Assembly (NCBI GenBank): GCA_951804945.1
Contig: OX638159.1
Span: 24,428,001-24,492,000, forward strand
DNA length: 64,000 bases
Direction of reading: 5' to 3'
From: Podarcis cretensis
Lineage: Eukaryota
The position numbers and the translations under genes are program-made. The notes beneath the pieces are model-generated. The model saw nothing but the letters and a program-made list of their open reading frames with translations, had not been told where the DNA came from and made no database searches. Numbering within the stretch: the first letter of the stretch is position 1; the number at the start of each line of letters is the position of its first letter. This document shows, one piece after another, positions 23,420 through 35,668 of this stretch.

Positions 23420-24328
23420 TGATATCTCCCAGCCCTAGCCATGACCTCATAGCTTTCTTGGCAACTGGATCCCCATGCTGAAAAGATTAACAGCTGAGGG
23501 GCTATATCTACTTCTTTGTCCACAAATTGGTTGAAAGCATGTTGTCCCCCCCCCTCTCTCTCACACACAAAGGAGACAATAGTAGACACTTTGCCTTGCC
23601 AATGCCATGTCCACATTGAACACAACTCCAATTTATCCAAAGGCCATTTTTCATGCTTGTGTTCATTCCTCGTTGACTGCAGCATCAAGTAATGACTTGG
23701 ATGTGTGAGTGAGCCTTCAAAAATTAATTGCCACCGAAAGAACTTACAGTAAAAGCAGCTGCAGAAGTTCTGGTAAAAGTGAAGGAAAAGCTTGACTCAT
23801 CCTGCTCTATTTAGTCTCAAATCCCACTTGCTAGCTCCACAGCACCACACATCTAAATATATAAACCCGGGGGATGCCATTTAAGGAGAAGTGCATATCC
23901 CCCCACCACCCCACAATGTTTAAAACTGTATATTGTTATTCCTCAAGAACACCTACATTTCTGGCTTCTCCACTAGTTCCATACACAATTACTGCAAACA
24001 GTGGATTCCAAAAAAACACAAATCCCATTGCCTGCTCTAAAAAAACAACAACCAAGAAAAAAAGGCGGGAGTGATGGTTAGATATGGAATTACATTGCCA
24101 AGGCAGTTATGAGGTATAAACAAGTAAGCATAGCAAATGTTCTTCAAAATACTCTGCTTTCTTTCTTCTCTCTATGCAGCAGGAATGCTGAATATATTCA
24201 AGTGCAAGCCAGTAAACTTAGCTGAGAATTGTACCTTCCTGAAATAAAAAAGCCCATACCCCACCAATTTCTGCCTAGTAGAGAAGCACAAGAGTTGCCG
24301 CCACAACCTGACTACTAACAGAAACCTA

Positions 24329-24530
24329 AGGCAGTGTGGTTTAGGGGTTACAGTGTTGGACTAGGATCTGGGAGACCAAGGTTCACATCCCTGCTCAGCC
24401 ATGAAATCCACTGGGTCTACTTGGTCTAGTCACAGTCTCTCTCAGTGGAACCTACCTCACAAGGCTGTTGTGAAGATAAAATGGGGAGGAACAGAACCAG
24501 AGCTCTCTGGAGGAAAAGTGGGTTGTGAAA
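24329..24530 (+). mobile_element. Old tRNA-derived SINE (Squam3-like)
   Basis: A/B-box-like head 'ggcagtgtggtttaggggttacagtgttggactagg...ggttcacatccc' and core 'cctacctcacaaggctgttgtgaagataaaatgg'. Confidence 0.75.
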
Positions 24531-25579
24531 GTGTTAGCAATAGATAGCAGCCCAAGGCTAGTGCAGCCACTTTCCAATAATAATTCGGAGAATGGCTGCT
24601 TGTTCTTAAATGCCATTGAAGAAAAGGGAACAGAGCCTGCTTTGACTCCATTTGGTGGTTTTATGCATGGTCTGAATGATGCTTTCATAGTTCTGCCCAG
24701 TCTGGTTAGCCACAAGAAGCTGCCTAGGATTAAGAAAGGTAACTCGCTCCCAGGCGCCATTGTTTGTTCTGTGGCAGGCGGTGATGCTCATAGCTCTCCT
24801 GTTGGCTCATATGGAGGGATTCCCTACACACACACACACACCACATATCAGTCATTCATTAAGCACCCTGGGATTCCTCTTTGCCATTTCCCATTTGTGC
24901 CGATTAATGAGGTTCTACAGCTGTTTGACTTTGATATGCAATTCCGAACAAGCAACACCAAAGGAGCCAGAGAAGGGCAGATAGTCCATGCAATCAGATC
25001 TGAAATGCACCAGATTCAGCTAAATCTAATGGGAAAACAGCAAAGGGCAAAGCAGCTCGAACTATTTAGACCTCAAAGCTTCCCCCCACCCGCGTTTAAT
25101 TTCACATTCTAAGCATCTTTGGCCTAATAACTGATTTACTGTGCATATCATTAAGGTTTCATTTAATTTCTTTCTCTTTCTCTTTCTCTCTCTCTCTCTC
25201 TCACACACACACACCATTAGCACAGGGATGTGTGTGTTAAGAGTCTCTCCAGTTGTTGGTTTGGGAATTGTGCCTGTGCTTTCAACACCACCACACTGAA
25301 TAATAAGACCTGATAAATTAAACTCCACCCTGCCCCATGCTTCTATTCCACAGTGCACCAATGGACTGTTAAACAGGTGTCACATTCTTATTTTTGCATC
25401 CTGACTCCTTGGGTTTTGTACCTGAAATCTGACACAGTACGAGCACATCTGCTTCTCATTCTGGCCAAGCTGGTTCACGTTCAAAACATGAAATGATGAA
25501 TGCTGCTTCCATTTCATCAGTATGCTAATGACATTCAGTTCTGCCACGTGGTCCCAGGGAAGCAGTAGCGGTGACAAAA

Positions 25580-25830
25580 CCATGCCTGGCTTCAGTTCAG
25601 GGTTGCATACAGGTGACCAAACGGAACCTTAATCCAGAGATACTGTGGTTAGGAATTCTAGCTTGTTCTAGATGGGATTGCACACGTCATAAAGGAGCAG
25701 GTATGTAGTCTGTGGGTGCTCATTGATTAAGTGCTTTTCTTGGATTCTCAAGCAGCAGCAGTTGTGTGAAGTGACTTTTACCAGCTGTGGTTGGTTTGCC
25801 AGAGGAGATAATTTCTGGAGAAAACAGGCT
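25580..25830 (+). mobile_element. Old L2 ORF2 fragment
   Basis: Degenerate matches to the L2 LNP.K / LDG...KEQV.SLGVL.D / FYQL region. Confidence 0.5.
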
Positions 25831-28399
25831 AGGCATCAGTTATCCCCTCCCAGTTGCAATGACAGGACACTTCAACTAGTCCGAAAGGTAGAACTCGTAA
25901 CGTCATCTGGGATCTGAAGATTGGAGCACATCTCTACTTTGTTTCCCATTGTCACGGGATGTAAAATAGTGAAAAGGAGAGCAACGGGCTAGTTTCTCAC
26001 AAAAAAACAAGAATAATACCTGCACATTTTGTGTCATATCTCAGGTTCTACAAATGCTAGAAATGTACACTTTTTTTTTTTTTTTTTGTAAATGCAAGCT
26101 GAGGAACTGCATATTACAGTTCATCTGAGGGAGGGAAGAACTGCCCCTTCCCGCCACTTTCACGCACAATCTACTCTCATATGAGCCTGTCCACAATTTA
26201 ATCACTGGCTTTAGGGGCACTGTTCTCTGTCCCATCCTTTGGTGAAATCAAATGCACATGTTACCAAGACTGTGGAATGCCACTTCCATAGAGATCTGCT
26301 AGCCTCCTTCTTTTCAGACATCTCCAAAATCTCCTACAATTTAGCTCACTTTTCATGTGTGACTCTTAAATCTGCTGCATTCTGCTGTTTTATTATCTGC
26401 TTATACTGCACTGCAGCATTTTAAATTTTGCTTTTATGGTATTGTTTAATTTTTAATGCATTTTTAAAAGCCGCTTTTAACAGTTTTTTTGTTTTTTTTA
26501 ATATGACACTTGTGAAAAGAGCTCAAACTGGGAGAAAGATTTGCATTTTCTTCCCGGATGCATATATGAGTGTGATATCCAAACAAAGAACATGATATAA
26601 TAATAAATAACTATCTTCATGCACCCAGGAATGCAAGAAGCCAATATAGGGGGTGGGAGAAAACATGGCTATCTTAACTTAATCTGTGGTTGACAGTGGT
26701 ACTCACCACAGGATACCAAAGTGTAACCCACACATATTACATTTACCAATAATGAACTGGAAAAGGGAGAAGAGTGGCAATACTTGCAACAGACGCAAAA
26801 TGATTTTGGTCAGGTGAAAAAGAGAATATTGCAAGAAGGAACCGAGTAACGCTAGAAATGCTACTCCTGTAAATGAACTGTCATCACTCAAGAAGAAAGA
26901 ATTGTGCAAACGAAAACCCAACTTTCCTTTCTCATATTCCCTAAGCTCTGTCAATTTTCCTGCCAGTCTACATTTTGCTTGTTCTCATAGGCCTCATTAA
27001 TAATGTTGTACCCTTTGGCTTCATGATTCTCCAGACCCCCCTTGTCCCATTTTATAATGGCTGTTCACATCTTCCATTCGACAGGTGTACAGTCTGTGCA
27101 CACAAAAGCTGAACTGTGCAAATAAACAAGTGCATATTCTTCCACACAAACACTTGCCCGTGCGCAGAGACAGCTTGTACCTGTGTTCAATGCCGTGTGT
27201 GAATAAGCCTAGAATATTCCTACATGGCATGCTTTTTAAACCTCTCCCTCACTCTCAAAAACACACACACTTCTCTTTATATGCACCCCACAATATCCTA
27301 AAAGTGATTCTCATGGCTCAACTCCCAAGAGACTGCGATCAGGTCAATTTTTAGGGGAGCCAAACTTGTTGAGCTTCTTTGGGGGGAACCAGTGATCTGC
27401 CAGTGATCTACTGCAGACGTCCAGTAATCTACCGGTAGATCACAATCTACCTGTTAGATGTGCCTGTCATAGCTTATTTCTGCCCATTCCACACTCTTCC
27501 CCTTAAACACAAAACACATACATATGTGGCACTTTCAGAGTCTTTGAACCTTTGGTGCAAATATTTTTCACCCAGGGTGGAAAACAGTTGACCACTCATT
27601 TTTAACTGACCCAGTGTTGCAGCCTACGCAGGTTTTAAATTTGCATTGTGGGTATTGGGAAATGAAAAATAGAATTCAGGCTCATCTGTTAAAAACATCC
27701 TAGGCCACCTTTCTCATAGCGCCTGTGAGGACATACCAGCAGCCTGTGTCCCTGTGAATCAGCTGCTGACAATGAACAGCTGCTACTTGATGGGAAATAC
27801 TGGCTTCCATTGCCAGAAGGAAGTAGTAGATCTTCCTCTAGCCAGCACCTGTTGCCTCCCCAAACCTTATGAAGCATTAACATGGGGTATTCCCACAAGG
27901 TTGGCAGTGCTTTTTCCCCTGGGCATTGCGTGACTTGTCCGATGGCCTCAAGTCATTCCTTAAATATCTATCAAGGAGTTGTTCTGAGTACTGAAAAAGG
28001 CCAACTGTCTAGTGATCAAAGTCCCAAGTTGTGAAAATATCAGGTCAAAGGGCCATTCTTTGAGCTTTGGCACATAGCATATTCTTATAAACTATCGTGG
28101 CTGATAGAGCTTTTTTTAAGTAATGGAAAACTCTCTGTTGACAATGCGGCAATACTATCCTGTATTGTGGTGGTTTCTCCTTAGCCGGGGTAGCTCTGGA
28201 AGAGCTGAGCTCCAAGAAATGACATTTATCAAGAAGCTTAGTGCAGCCAAGTGATAAATGGGGCAAGCCAGGAACAGATCAAAGAGACCCTCTTAGTCTT
28301 CCATTCAAAGAATCAGGCAGGGAATGGCATGCTAAGTAAGTGCATGGCAAGTCGGGTGTGAAAAATGATCTCTCCTACAAGAATTCCATTGGTGACAGA

Positions 28400-28830
28400 T
28401 AATCAGAAATTTAAATGGCATTCCCACCTTCAGAAAGTGCCTTAAATAACGGGGGCTGCATGAAACCGTTTGTATTTAAAGGAGAGGCTGAATAATTTAT
28501 TGCCGAGCAGAACGCACAGCACCAGGCAGATAAATGAGGAAATCCCAGCGCAGTCTATCTTGCGCAGTTGCCACACTAATTACAGATCAATTACTTACCA
28601 GTTGTTTGCAACCTTATCAAAGAATAGTAAATTTACTGAGAGGAAAATGTGATAAGATGACTTTTCATTATTACAGTAGATTTGTTGAAACAGCTCTGAC
28701 ACCGAGATTAATAAGAGCTTTCCCAGAGGTAATGCGATCAGTATGCACAGAGCGAGAATGTTAAAAGCTGAAAACTTGAACCTCGGCACTATCATAAAAG
28801 TCCTTGCATGAATGAATCATTTTCACGGGA
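28400..28830. promoter_or_regulatory. Candidate conserved non-coding element (enhancer)
   Basis: Repeat-free with many retained CpGs; TAATTA (28577-28582), ATCAAAG (28616-28622), GATA and TTTAT motifs. Conservation is inferred. Confidence 0.45.
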
Positions 28831-29426
28831 GTGTCCTTAACACAGAAGGGTGGGGCGTGGGGGCAGTCTGATAAACTGCAATCTTACTACAGGGATTATA
28901 TATGTACCCCTTTCTGTTTCTTCGAAGAAGAACAGTGGAAGAGGGTGTTTTCTTTTTCTTTTTTAAGTGTTCACAGTCAGCTGCCTTGTATCAAGTCAGA
29001 TCATGGGCCAATCTAGTTCAGTATTGTTTACACTGACTGACAGAGCCCCTACAGGGTTTCAGACTGAAGTCTTGCTCAACTGTACATAGAGATGCTCTGG
29101 ACTGAACCTGGAGCCAGGGTCCTTCTCTCCCCACCCCCCATTATGGACATTAAGGGCAGGTGGAAGCTCCCCACATTTTGTGTTGTGCAGTTTGCTCTAA
29201 AACAAGGGGCAAACAGTTTTGAAGGGAGGGATAAAGATATCACACAGTGTATATTTGTGTGAATGTGTACATGTGTGCACCAACAGTACTCTTCCTGCAT
29301 TTGGATGGCACCATGGGGGTGGGTGTTCAGCACAAAACCTCCATGTTCGTAGAATCGTGGAGCTGGGGGGGGGGGACCACGAGGTTCATCTCATCCAACC
29401 CCCTGCAATGCAGTGATCTTTTGCCC

Positions 29427-29842
29427 TAGCAAAACAACAACAAACAAACCTATGGTCATGTAAGCTATTACTATGCCATAAGACCCACTGTCCTGTAAAA
29501 TCAAATATGAGCTTTAACTACTGATGAAGCCCAGGATGGCAAAACAAGGCCAATATTCCAGAAATCCTTGTCTTTAGACTCTGCAAAAGGATTCTGTGGA
29601 ACTGTAACAACCTTTCGTGTGGATTGTTTGGACCTTATGAACAGACAGGTGGAATAGACACTATTACACAGATGGACCTTATGCATGAACTGACTAGAGG
29701 ATGATCTGATCCACTGGGTCTTCTGCTTTGTTCGTTTGTTGAACTTTATGAGTTACTTCTGTTGAAATTTATGATTTGATACAATGAATAGTATACCTTA
29801 TTTATCTAAGAACACAGCTGGTTACGTCTTGTGTGTTTGTTG
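29427..29842 (+). mobile_element. ~416-bp insertion with a hammerhead-ribozyme motif (Penelope-like pLTR or retrozyme-like)
   Basis: 15-bp TSD agt(g/a)atcttttgccc at 29412-29426 and 29843-29857; short inverted ends (caacaaac / gtttgttg); hammerhead core at 29521-29572. Confidence 0.7.
29509..29581 (+). ncRNA. Degenerate type I hammerhead ribozyme motif
   Basis: CTGATGA-A, stem II gcc/ggc, (G>A)AAA, stem III caagg/ccttg, then TC; stem I is imperfect. Confidence 0.55.
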
Positions 29843-30924
29843 AGTAATCTTTTGCCCAACATAGGCCTCAAACCCACAACCCAGAGACTAAGAGTATCAT
29901 GTTCTGCCAACATGGATTATGAAATGCTAGGCGCCAACAATCAGATAACCCCATCAGCTTCACATTTGCACCCTTGCTGTGAGTTTCCAAGGAATATCTG
30001 ACAAGTTAAGCTTAGAAAATGAAAACTGGATTGCATTGGCTGTTGGTCCAATCTGGCAGGACGCTGCTTATGTTAACTAGTCCCCCAAACAGTTACATGA
30101 CTATACAGGGGATCTGTGTAATTTGTAAGATTGTCAGTCGGCCAGGGGGGAAAAACCCACACCAGCCTGTCTCGCTTGCTCCTGACAGCTTTTAACAAGT
30201 GATTTCCGATTTGCAGGAATCAGCAGGTAGTATGGAGCTAAGCATTATTGTTTGCTATGTCTTCAGATCAGGCTGCTATCAAAGGCAAAGAAGCAGAGAC
30301 TCATGAAAAAATTGGCACCCCTAACGATTTTTTCACAGGTGCCATGCGATTTGCAAGGACTGGTTGTGCTAAATGTCAACCAAGAAGCATACAAAGGCCA
30401 GCGCAGGATTGTCATAACAGAACAAATGGTGCTTTTTGTAGAACTCTGAAAGTGAAAAGCAGCGTTTTTGAGACAGGCATGTCTTGGCAAGGATACCTTG
30501 AAACAGAAAGTGATTGATAGCAACTGGAACATCCTTTCCTGGCTGTACATATAATATATTCATATTCCAACTTAATTGGGTGAGTTACCATTTGAGTGAG
30601 CACCAAGATCACTGTTCTTTTTCATCCCAAATTGAATCTTTCCCAAAGAGAATATAGAATGACTCTTCCTATAAAAAAAGGGAGGAGAGGGAATATAGTG
30701 TGAATAGGAGAAGCCAATACACATTCTCTGAGTGTACTTGAAGAAGTAATGTATGGCAAAACTAAGATGCAATGGTATTAGGAAAATACAAACTGTGAGC
30801 CCACAATAGTCTCACGTGCTGAGACGTTTTGCCACAATAAGTGCATTTTAGCTGCTGCCATCATTATCTGATGGAAGGAACATGTTTGCTCCCCTTTCCC
30901 AATTATGATGAGGGACAGCAGGAA

Positions 30925-30945
30925 AAGAAGAAGAAGAAGAAGAAG

Positions 30946-30974
<29 letters not shown>
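30925..30974. repeat. (AAG)n microsatellite at an L2 tail
   Basis: About 16 AAG units; source of the poly-Lys pseudo-ORF. Confidence 0.95.
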
Positions 30975-30976
<2 letters not shown>

Positions 30977-31289
30977 TGTTATTTATATGCCGCCCATCTG
31001 ACTGGGTTCTCCCAGCCACTCTGGGCAGCTCCCAACAAATTAAAACACCAAACACAGTAAAACATCAAACATCACAAAGTTCCCTATACAGGGCTGCCTT
31101 CAGATGTCTTCTAAAAGTCAGATCGTTGTTTATTTCCTAGTCATTTGACAGGAGGGCGTTCCACAGGGCAGGCATGACTACCAAAAAGGTCCTCTGCCTG
31201 GTTCCCTGTAACCTCACAATGAAGGAGCTGCTTTGCAGCTGGACCTAAGTGTCTGGGCTGAACAATGGGGGTGGAGACACTCCTTCAGG
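30975..31289 (-). mobile_element. L2 LINE 3' end
   Basis: Same family as 17701-18020 and 47368-47638. Confidence 0.85.
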
Positions 31290-32120
31290 ATTGAGGCATC
31301 TGTGGCCCTCCAGGTGACTCTTAATCCTATCGCCCCCATCCACGAGGACTGTTGGTAAGGGATGTTTGGAATTGCAACATCTGGATGGCCTCAGCTAACT
31401 CTGAGGTAGGAGAACTCATGATGCAGAGGACTATACTAGCCCTTTTCAGAGGTTACTTTCCACACATAGCCATAATATATTTTTTTGGGGGGGGGGGGAG
31501 TGAGCAGGGACCCAAATCCCCATCCCTGATGGATCCACCCAGACTTTTACATATTTATGCTGTTTGCTGAATTGTTGATTTCCCCCTCCTTGAGATTGCC
31601 AATATTTTGTAACATGCTGGTGTTTTTGGAATGTGATGTTGTAATTTTAATGATAAGTTGATGTTTATTGCAAGCTGTTTTGGGCACAATCAACTGTGGA
31701 ATAGAAGCATGCTAACAAATTATGCCACCTTGAACCAAAATGCATCGAGTTGAATGGGTGTAGGTTTCTCCGTGTCACCGGGGATCCTGCATGATTTGGG
31801 CTCCTGGTTACACGGAGAAGGCTACACATGTTCACCTGAACACACATAGCTTCTGTGTTTAGACCTTCTTCCCGAAACACAAACGTCTGGAGGTAGAGTG
31901 GCAATGGTATCTGGGTGTGTGGAAATAGGAGTGGGGCCAGTGATCGCCCCCATCATGTTCTTTTGAAGAGGGGCTAGTGGGTCTTGTGATTAAACACATT
32001 TCCTCAAAAGAAGCATAAGTAGGAGTGTTGCTTGATTAAAGAAACATTCATTGATTAATCCTAAGAGTTTGATTAAATTTGGGGAGGAAAGATAGTTCCC
32101 AAGCACAAACAGTAATTAGG

Positions 32121-32124
<4 letters not shown>

Positions 32125-32170
<46 letters not shown>
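32125..32170. repeat. (AC)n microsatellite
   Basis: About 23 perfect AC units. Confidence 0.97.
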
Positions 32171-32173
<3 letters not shown>

Positions 32174-32981
32174 TGTCCAATTAACTGGGCACCTTTCTAG
32201 TTAATGACTTTTTAAAGAAAGGAATTATAATTAAACTGGAAATGGGAGTTAGCTTCATTTAAATACAGAATCTGCAGGTTAATGCAATATTTGATCTCTC
32301 CCTTGTCCTCAAACATCGAATGCCAAATCCTCATTGATTACATTGGGAGATATTTCATCTTGAAAGATGTAAGCAATCCTTAATATTATTTGGTACATAT
32401 TGGTTTATACATTAATGGCAATTAGCATGATGCTTCACATAACCCATTTAATTGTGGTCCTCTCAGTTTCCTTCACTGCATGCCACAGTGCAGTTGGTCC
32501 ATCATTAATGCTTAAAGAAGGTATTTTAAAAACTTTTTTTTAAAAAAAGCAATATAGGGTTTCGGTTATTGAATGTTACATGATTAGAAAAAAAACTCCC
32601 TGGTCTCTGCAGAAATTGTTTGTTTTGTTATATTCAATACTTGGCAAACTATGTTGGTAAACTGACACTTTAAATTGGTTCTCTAGTGTTGAGAGAAACT
32701 TTCCTTTATCTTCTATTGTTGCTTTTCTTTTCCTTTTTTTAATCTGGCTAGATCCCAACCTTTAACCCCTGACACTGAATGTTTCAAGCATGGTACATCG
32801 GATCAGAGCTGTTCTCCTTGCCCTTTGCCCTCCAATATGTCCAAAAGGCAAACTTCTCACAGAATCTGAGATAATCACTTCTGAATGCTTTGCACCCCTG
32901 GGGTTTCAAGCAGCCAATTTAAAAAACATGGTTCCAGCAATCCCTTTTCTGAAGACTTTAGTACTGGCGGCTGCCTAGAGA

Positions 32982-32985
<4 letters not shown>

Positions 32986-33032
<47 letters not shown>
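32986..33032. repeat. (TTA)n microsatellite
   Basis: About 15 units. Confidence 0.95.
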
Positions 33033-33033
<1 letters not shown>

Positions 33034-34612
33034 CTCTATTCCTAATCGTAGATCTTAAAGGAGTTTTTAATCTGCTTCTTTAACTTTCCTTATGTCACTG
33101 TGCAGCTAGGAACTTTCAGTTCCACAGCAGCAGCAAACTTCCTTCTGTAGGAAAAGTCAAGTTAAAAGGTGCATAGAAACTCTGACATTATATTCACCTG
33201 GTGCCATTTTAGAAGATGGCCTTTTTATTTTTGCTTTCTGGTGTCACGTTGTCTCTAGTCATTACGGGAGTCTGAAAACTGACTTTGAGTTTCAACTTTT
33301 GTTGTTTAGTTCTCCCATTTTCTCCACTCATTTATGCTTGGAAGGAGACATTAGCTACGAATTCTCTGTGTGTGTTCTGGCGAGACTCTTTCTGTACCCG
33401 ATAATGCAGATATGGTGCAGGTTAAGCATTATTTCTGTCCCAGGGAAAGTCAGCCTTCCCCAAACTTGTGCCCCCCAGATGTTGTTGAACTCCAATTTCC
33501 ATCAGCCCTGCCAGCATGTGGTGAACTGAGGTCTTGCTGTCTCTTTCTTGGTTGTTTTTTTTAAAAAAAAAACTTCAAAGCAGCTTGGAATGGCACCTCC
33601 ATCACCCTGGGTAAAAACACTTCTTGACATGATTCAGGAAATGAATGCACATTGTTTCCTGTGTGGTTGTATATACATTACAAAATGGCTGCCGTCTTGT
33701 TCCCCCTTCAGTCCATGTGACCTGTAGACCAGACCTCAATATTTTCTCCTTTATTGAATCCTGCCTATCAGCCAACTCATCAGCTATGTAACTCATCCTA
33801 ACCCATTTCCTCACCTTGGTATGCTCAAGCTTTCATACAAATAGGGATGCCTAGAATTGACATGTGTTTGGTTTCAATAATCTGTCCTCTCTGCCGTTGT
33901 GATTTCCATGACAATCTAATAGCATGGGAGGTTCCTGGACTGATATGTAATAGCTAGCTTGTGCTCACTTTAGGAATTTGTCCTTTATTTTCTCCCCACA
34001 CGCACTATTTGCATGCAAATCCTTATGGCTTGTGTTTTAATTTGACACCTCATTTGTATTTCCACAGCTGTGGTCAGCGCCCTCAAATTTCATCAGCAGA
34101 GAAGGCCATGACCTCACAGTGAAAATATAAACAAGGAAAAATGGGCAGGCTGTTGCTGTCCCCTCTCCTCCCATCGTATTGCTCTGCTTTCCTTTGTACT
34201 ACGTTAGCAAGGCTGAGGAGGATGAGTCTCATCATCTGGACAGCCCAGGACCTCCATACACCCTGTCCAGGCTTGCGTCCCAGGGAGGTCACTCCATTAT
34301 CTCTCGAGACAGATGGGTGCCAACGAAGCCTGTCCTTCATCTGATCAACATGATCTGCACAAAATGCAATAATACATCAAAATATAACAATTGGATGAAG
34401 CAATAAATACAATTGCATCTTTGTACAATAGGCTAGAAGGCTTTCTTCGTACATATGTATGTACGTACATGCGCGCGCACACACACCTCTGCTTAGGTTC
34501 TATCTAGGCAAGCAAGAAGCATTATGAGAGTTGAATTCCAGTTGGGCAAAACCACTTGGGATTTGAAGCAGGACCAGTGAAGGGTGGGACCTGGGAAGAG
34601 AACCAAGGACCA

Positions 34613-34868
34613 GGAGAGCCAGTGTGGTGTAGTGGTTAAGAGCGGTAGACTTGTAATCTGGTGAACTGGGTTCGCTTCCCTGCTCCTCCACATGCAGCTG
34701 CTGGATGACCTTGGGCCAGTCACACTTCTCTGAAGTCTCTCAGCCCCACTCACCTCACAGAGTGTTTGTTGTGGGGAAGGAAGGGAAAAGGAGATTGTTG
34801 GCCGCTTTGAGACTCCTTAGGGTAGTGATAAAGCGGGATATCAAATCCAAACTCTTCTTCTTCTTCTT
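34613..34868 (+). mobile_element. Full-length young tRNA-derived SINE (Squam3-like) with a (CTT)n tail
   Basis: Pol III A box tggtgtagtgg and B box ggttcgcttcc; body 'cacctcacagagtgtttgttgtgggg'; L2-like end and CTT repeats. Confidence 0.88.
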
Positions 34869-35529
34869 AGATCCCTGGACTTGAGGTCCCGCCTCTCTGC
34901 TGTAGAGCAAATGTTTCAAGAGCAAATAGGAAAGCAAAGCATACAGTCACTTGTGCAAGAAAGCTGATCCAGCGTGCATTTTCTTTACTTGCCCCATTTA
35001 TCTGTGTGCCTAATTGCCTCCTTCCAATGAGGGCTGCAATTACAAGAAGTGTTTATGACCTCTTTGCAGAGTTGCCCATGACACTGCTATTTGAACAAAA
35101 TTGCCCAAAGAGGTTTTTAAAATTGGCCATATATTATTCCCCAGATAGGCTTTACAAGCTCTGCATTGTCTGAGCTGGGGCTTTGATTTATTTCCGTTCC
35201 ACTTTTAACCTGCTTTATCTCTGAAGCCTCGTGGCAGGCGACAGCATTTTAAAACTATTTAGGACGAAATATAGACGGCACTAAAACAAAGCCCTGCACC
35301 AATCCAGCCATAGGAAGAGTAATCCCATATTTATATTATGCCAGTGTGGGGATAACATGGTTGCTACACAGGCAGGGCTGCTCCCATATTCAGTGCATGC
35401 AAAGCTGGGGAGGGAAACACACAAGTAGGGCTGTGTGCACACCATACATTTAAAGCAACTGTAGTTTGCTTGAAACTGCATCCATACAAGGGGGTGGGGA
35501 GGCATAAAGAAATATTGCAGCATTCAGGA

Positions 35530-35664
35530 CTTTTTAGAGAAAAGGTGAGTAAGCGAGGGCATGATAGAAGCTTATGCAATTATACACAGCGTAGGGGAAA
35601 TGGGTAGAGAAAAATTTTCCTCCCTCTCTCATAATTCTAGAATTTGTGGGCATCCAATGAAGCT
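35530..35664 (+). mobile_element. Old CR1 3' ORF2 fragment
   Basis: MIEAYAIIHSVGEMGREKFSSLSHNSRICGHPMKL resembles the CR1 ORF2 C-terminus; its continuation lies inverted at 35769-35818. Confidence 0.75.
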
Positions 35665-35668
35665 TAAG

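Larger units (their letters stand above)
29345..29911 (-). mobile_element. tRNA-Lys-headed SINE with CR1-type tail, split by an insertion
   Basis: The reverse complement of ~29853-29911 resembles tRNA-Lys(CTT) (...gatactcttagtctctgggttgtgggtttgaggcctatgttgggc). 29345-29426 is a CR1-like tail. Confidence 0.75.

Noticed and set aside
24525-25112. 195-aa ORF as a host gene
   Set aside because: GTG start at a SINE end, crosses a CA repeat, no recognisable domain or exon structure.
29853-29911. Functional tRNA-Lys gene
   Set aside because: Many substitutions and a missing 5' end; it is the head of a SINE with a CR1 tail.
30841-31140. Poly-Lys ORF (likewise poly-Asn/Ile ORFs at 59175-59526)
   Set aside because: These are translations of microsatellites.
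34613-34690. tRNA gene
   Set aside because: The tRNA-like head continues into a SINE body and (CTT)n tail.
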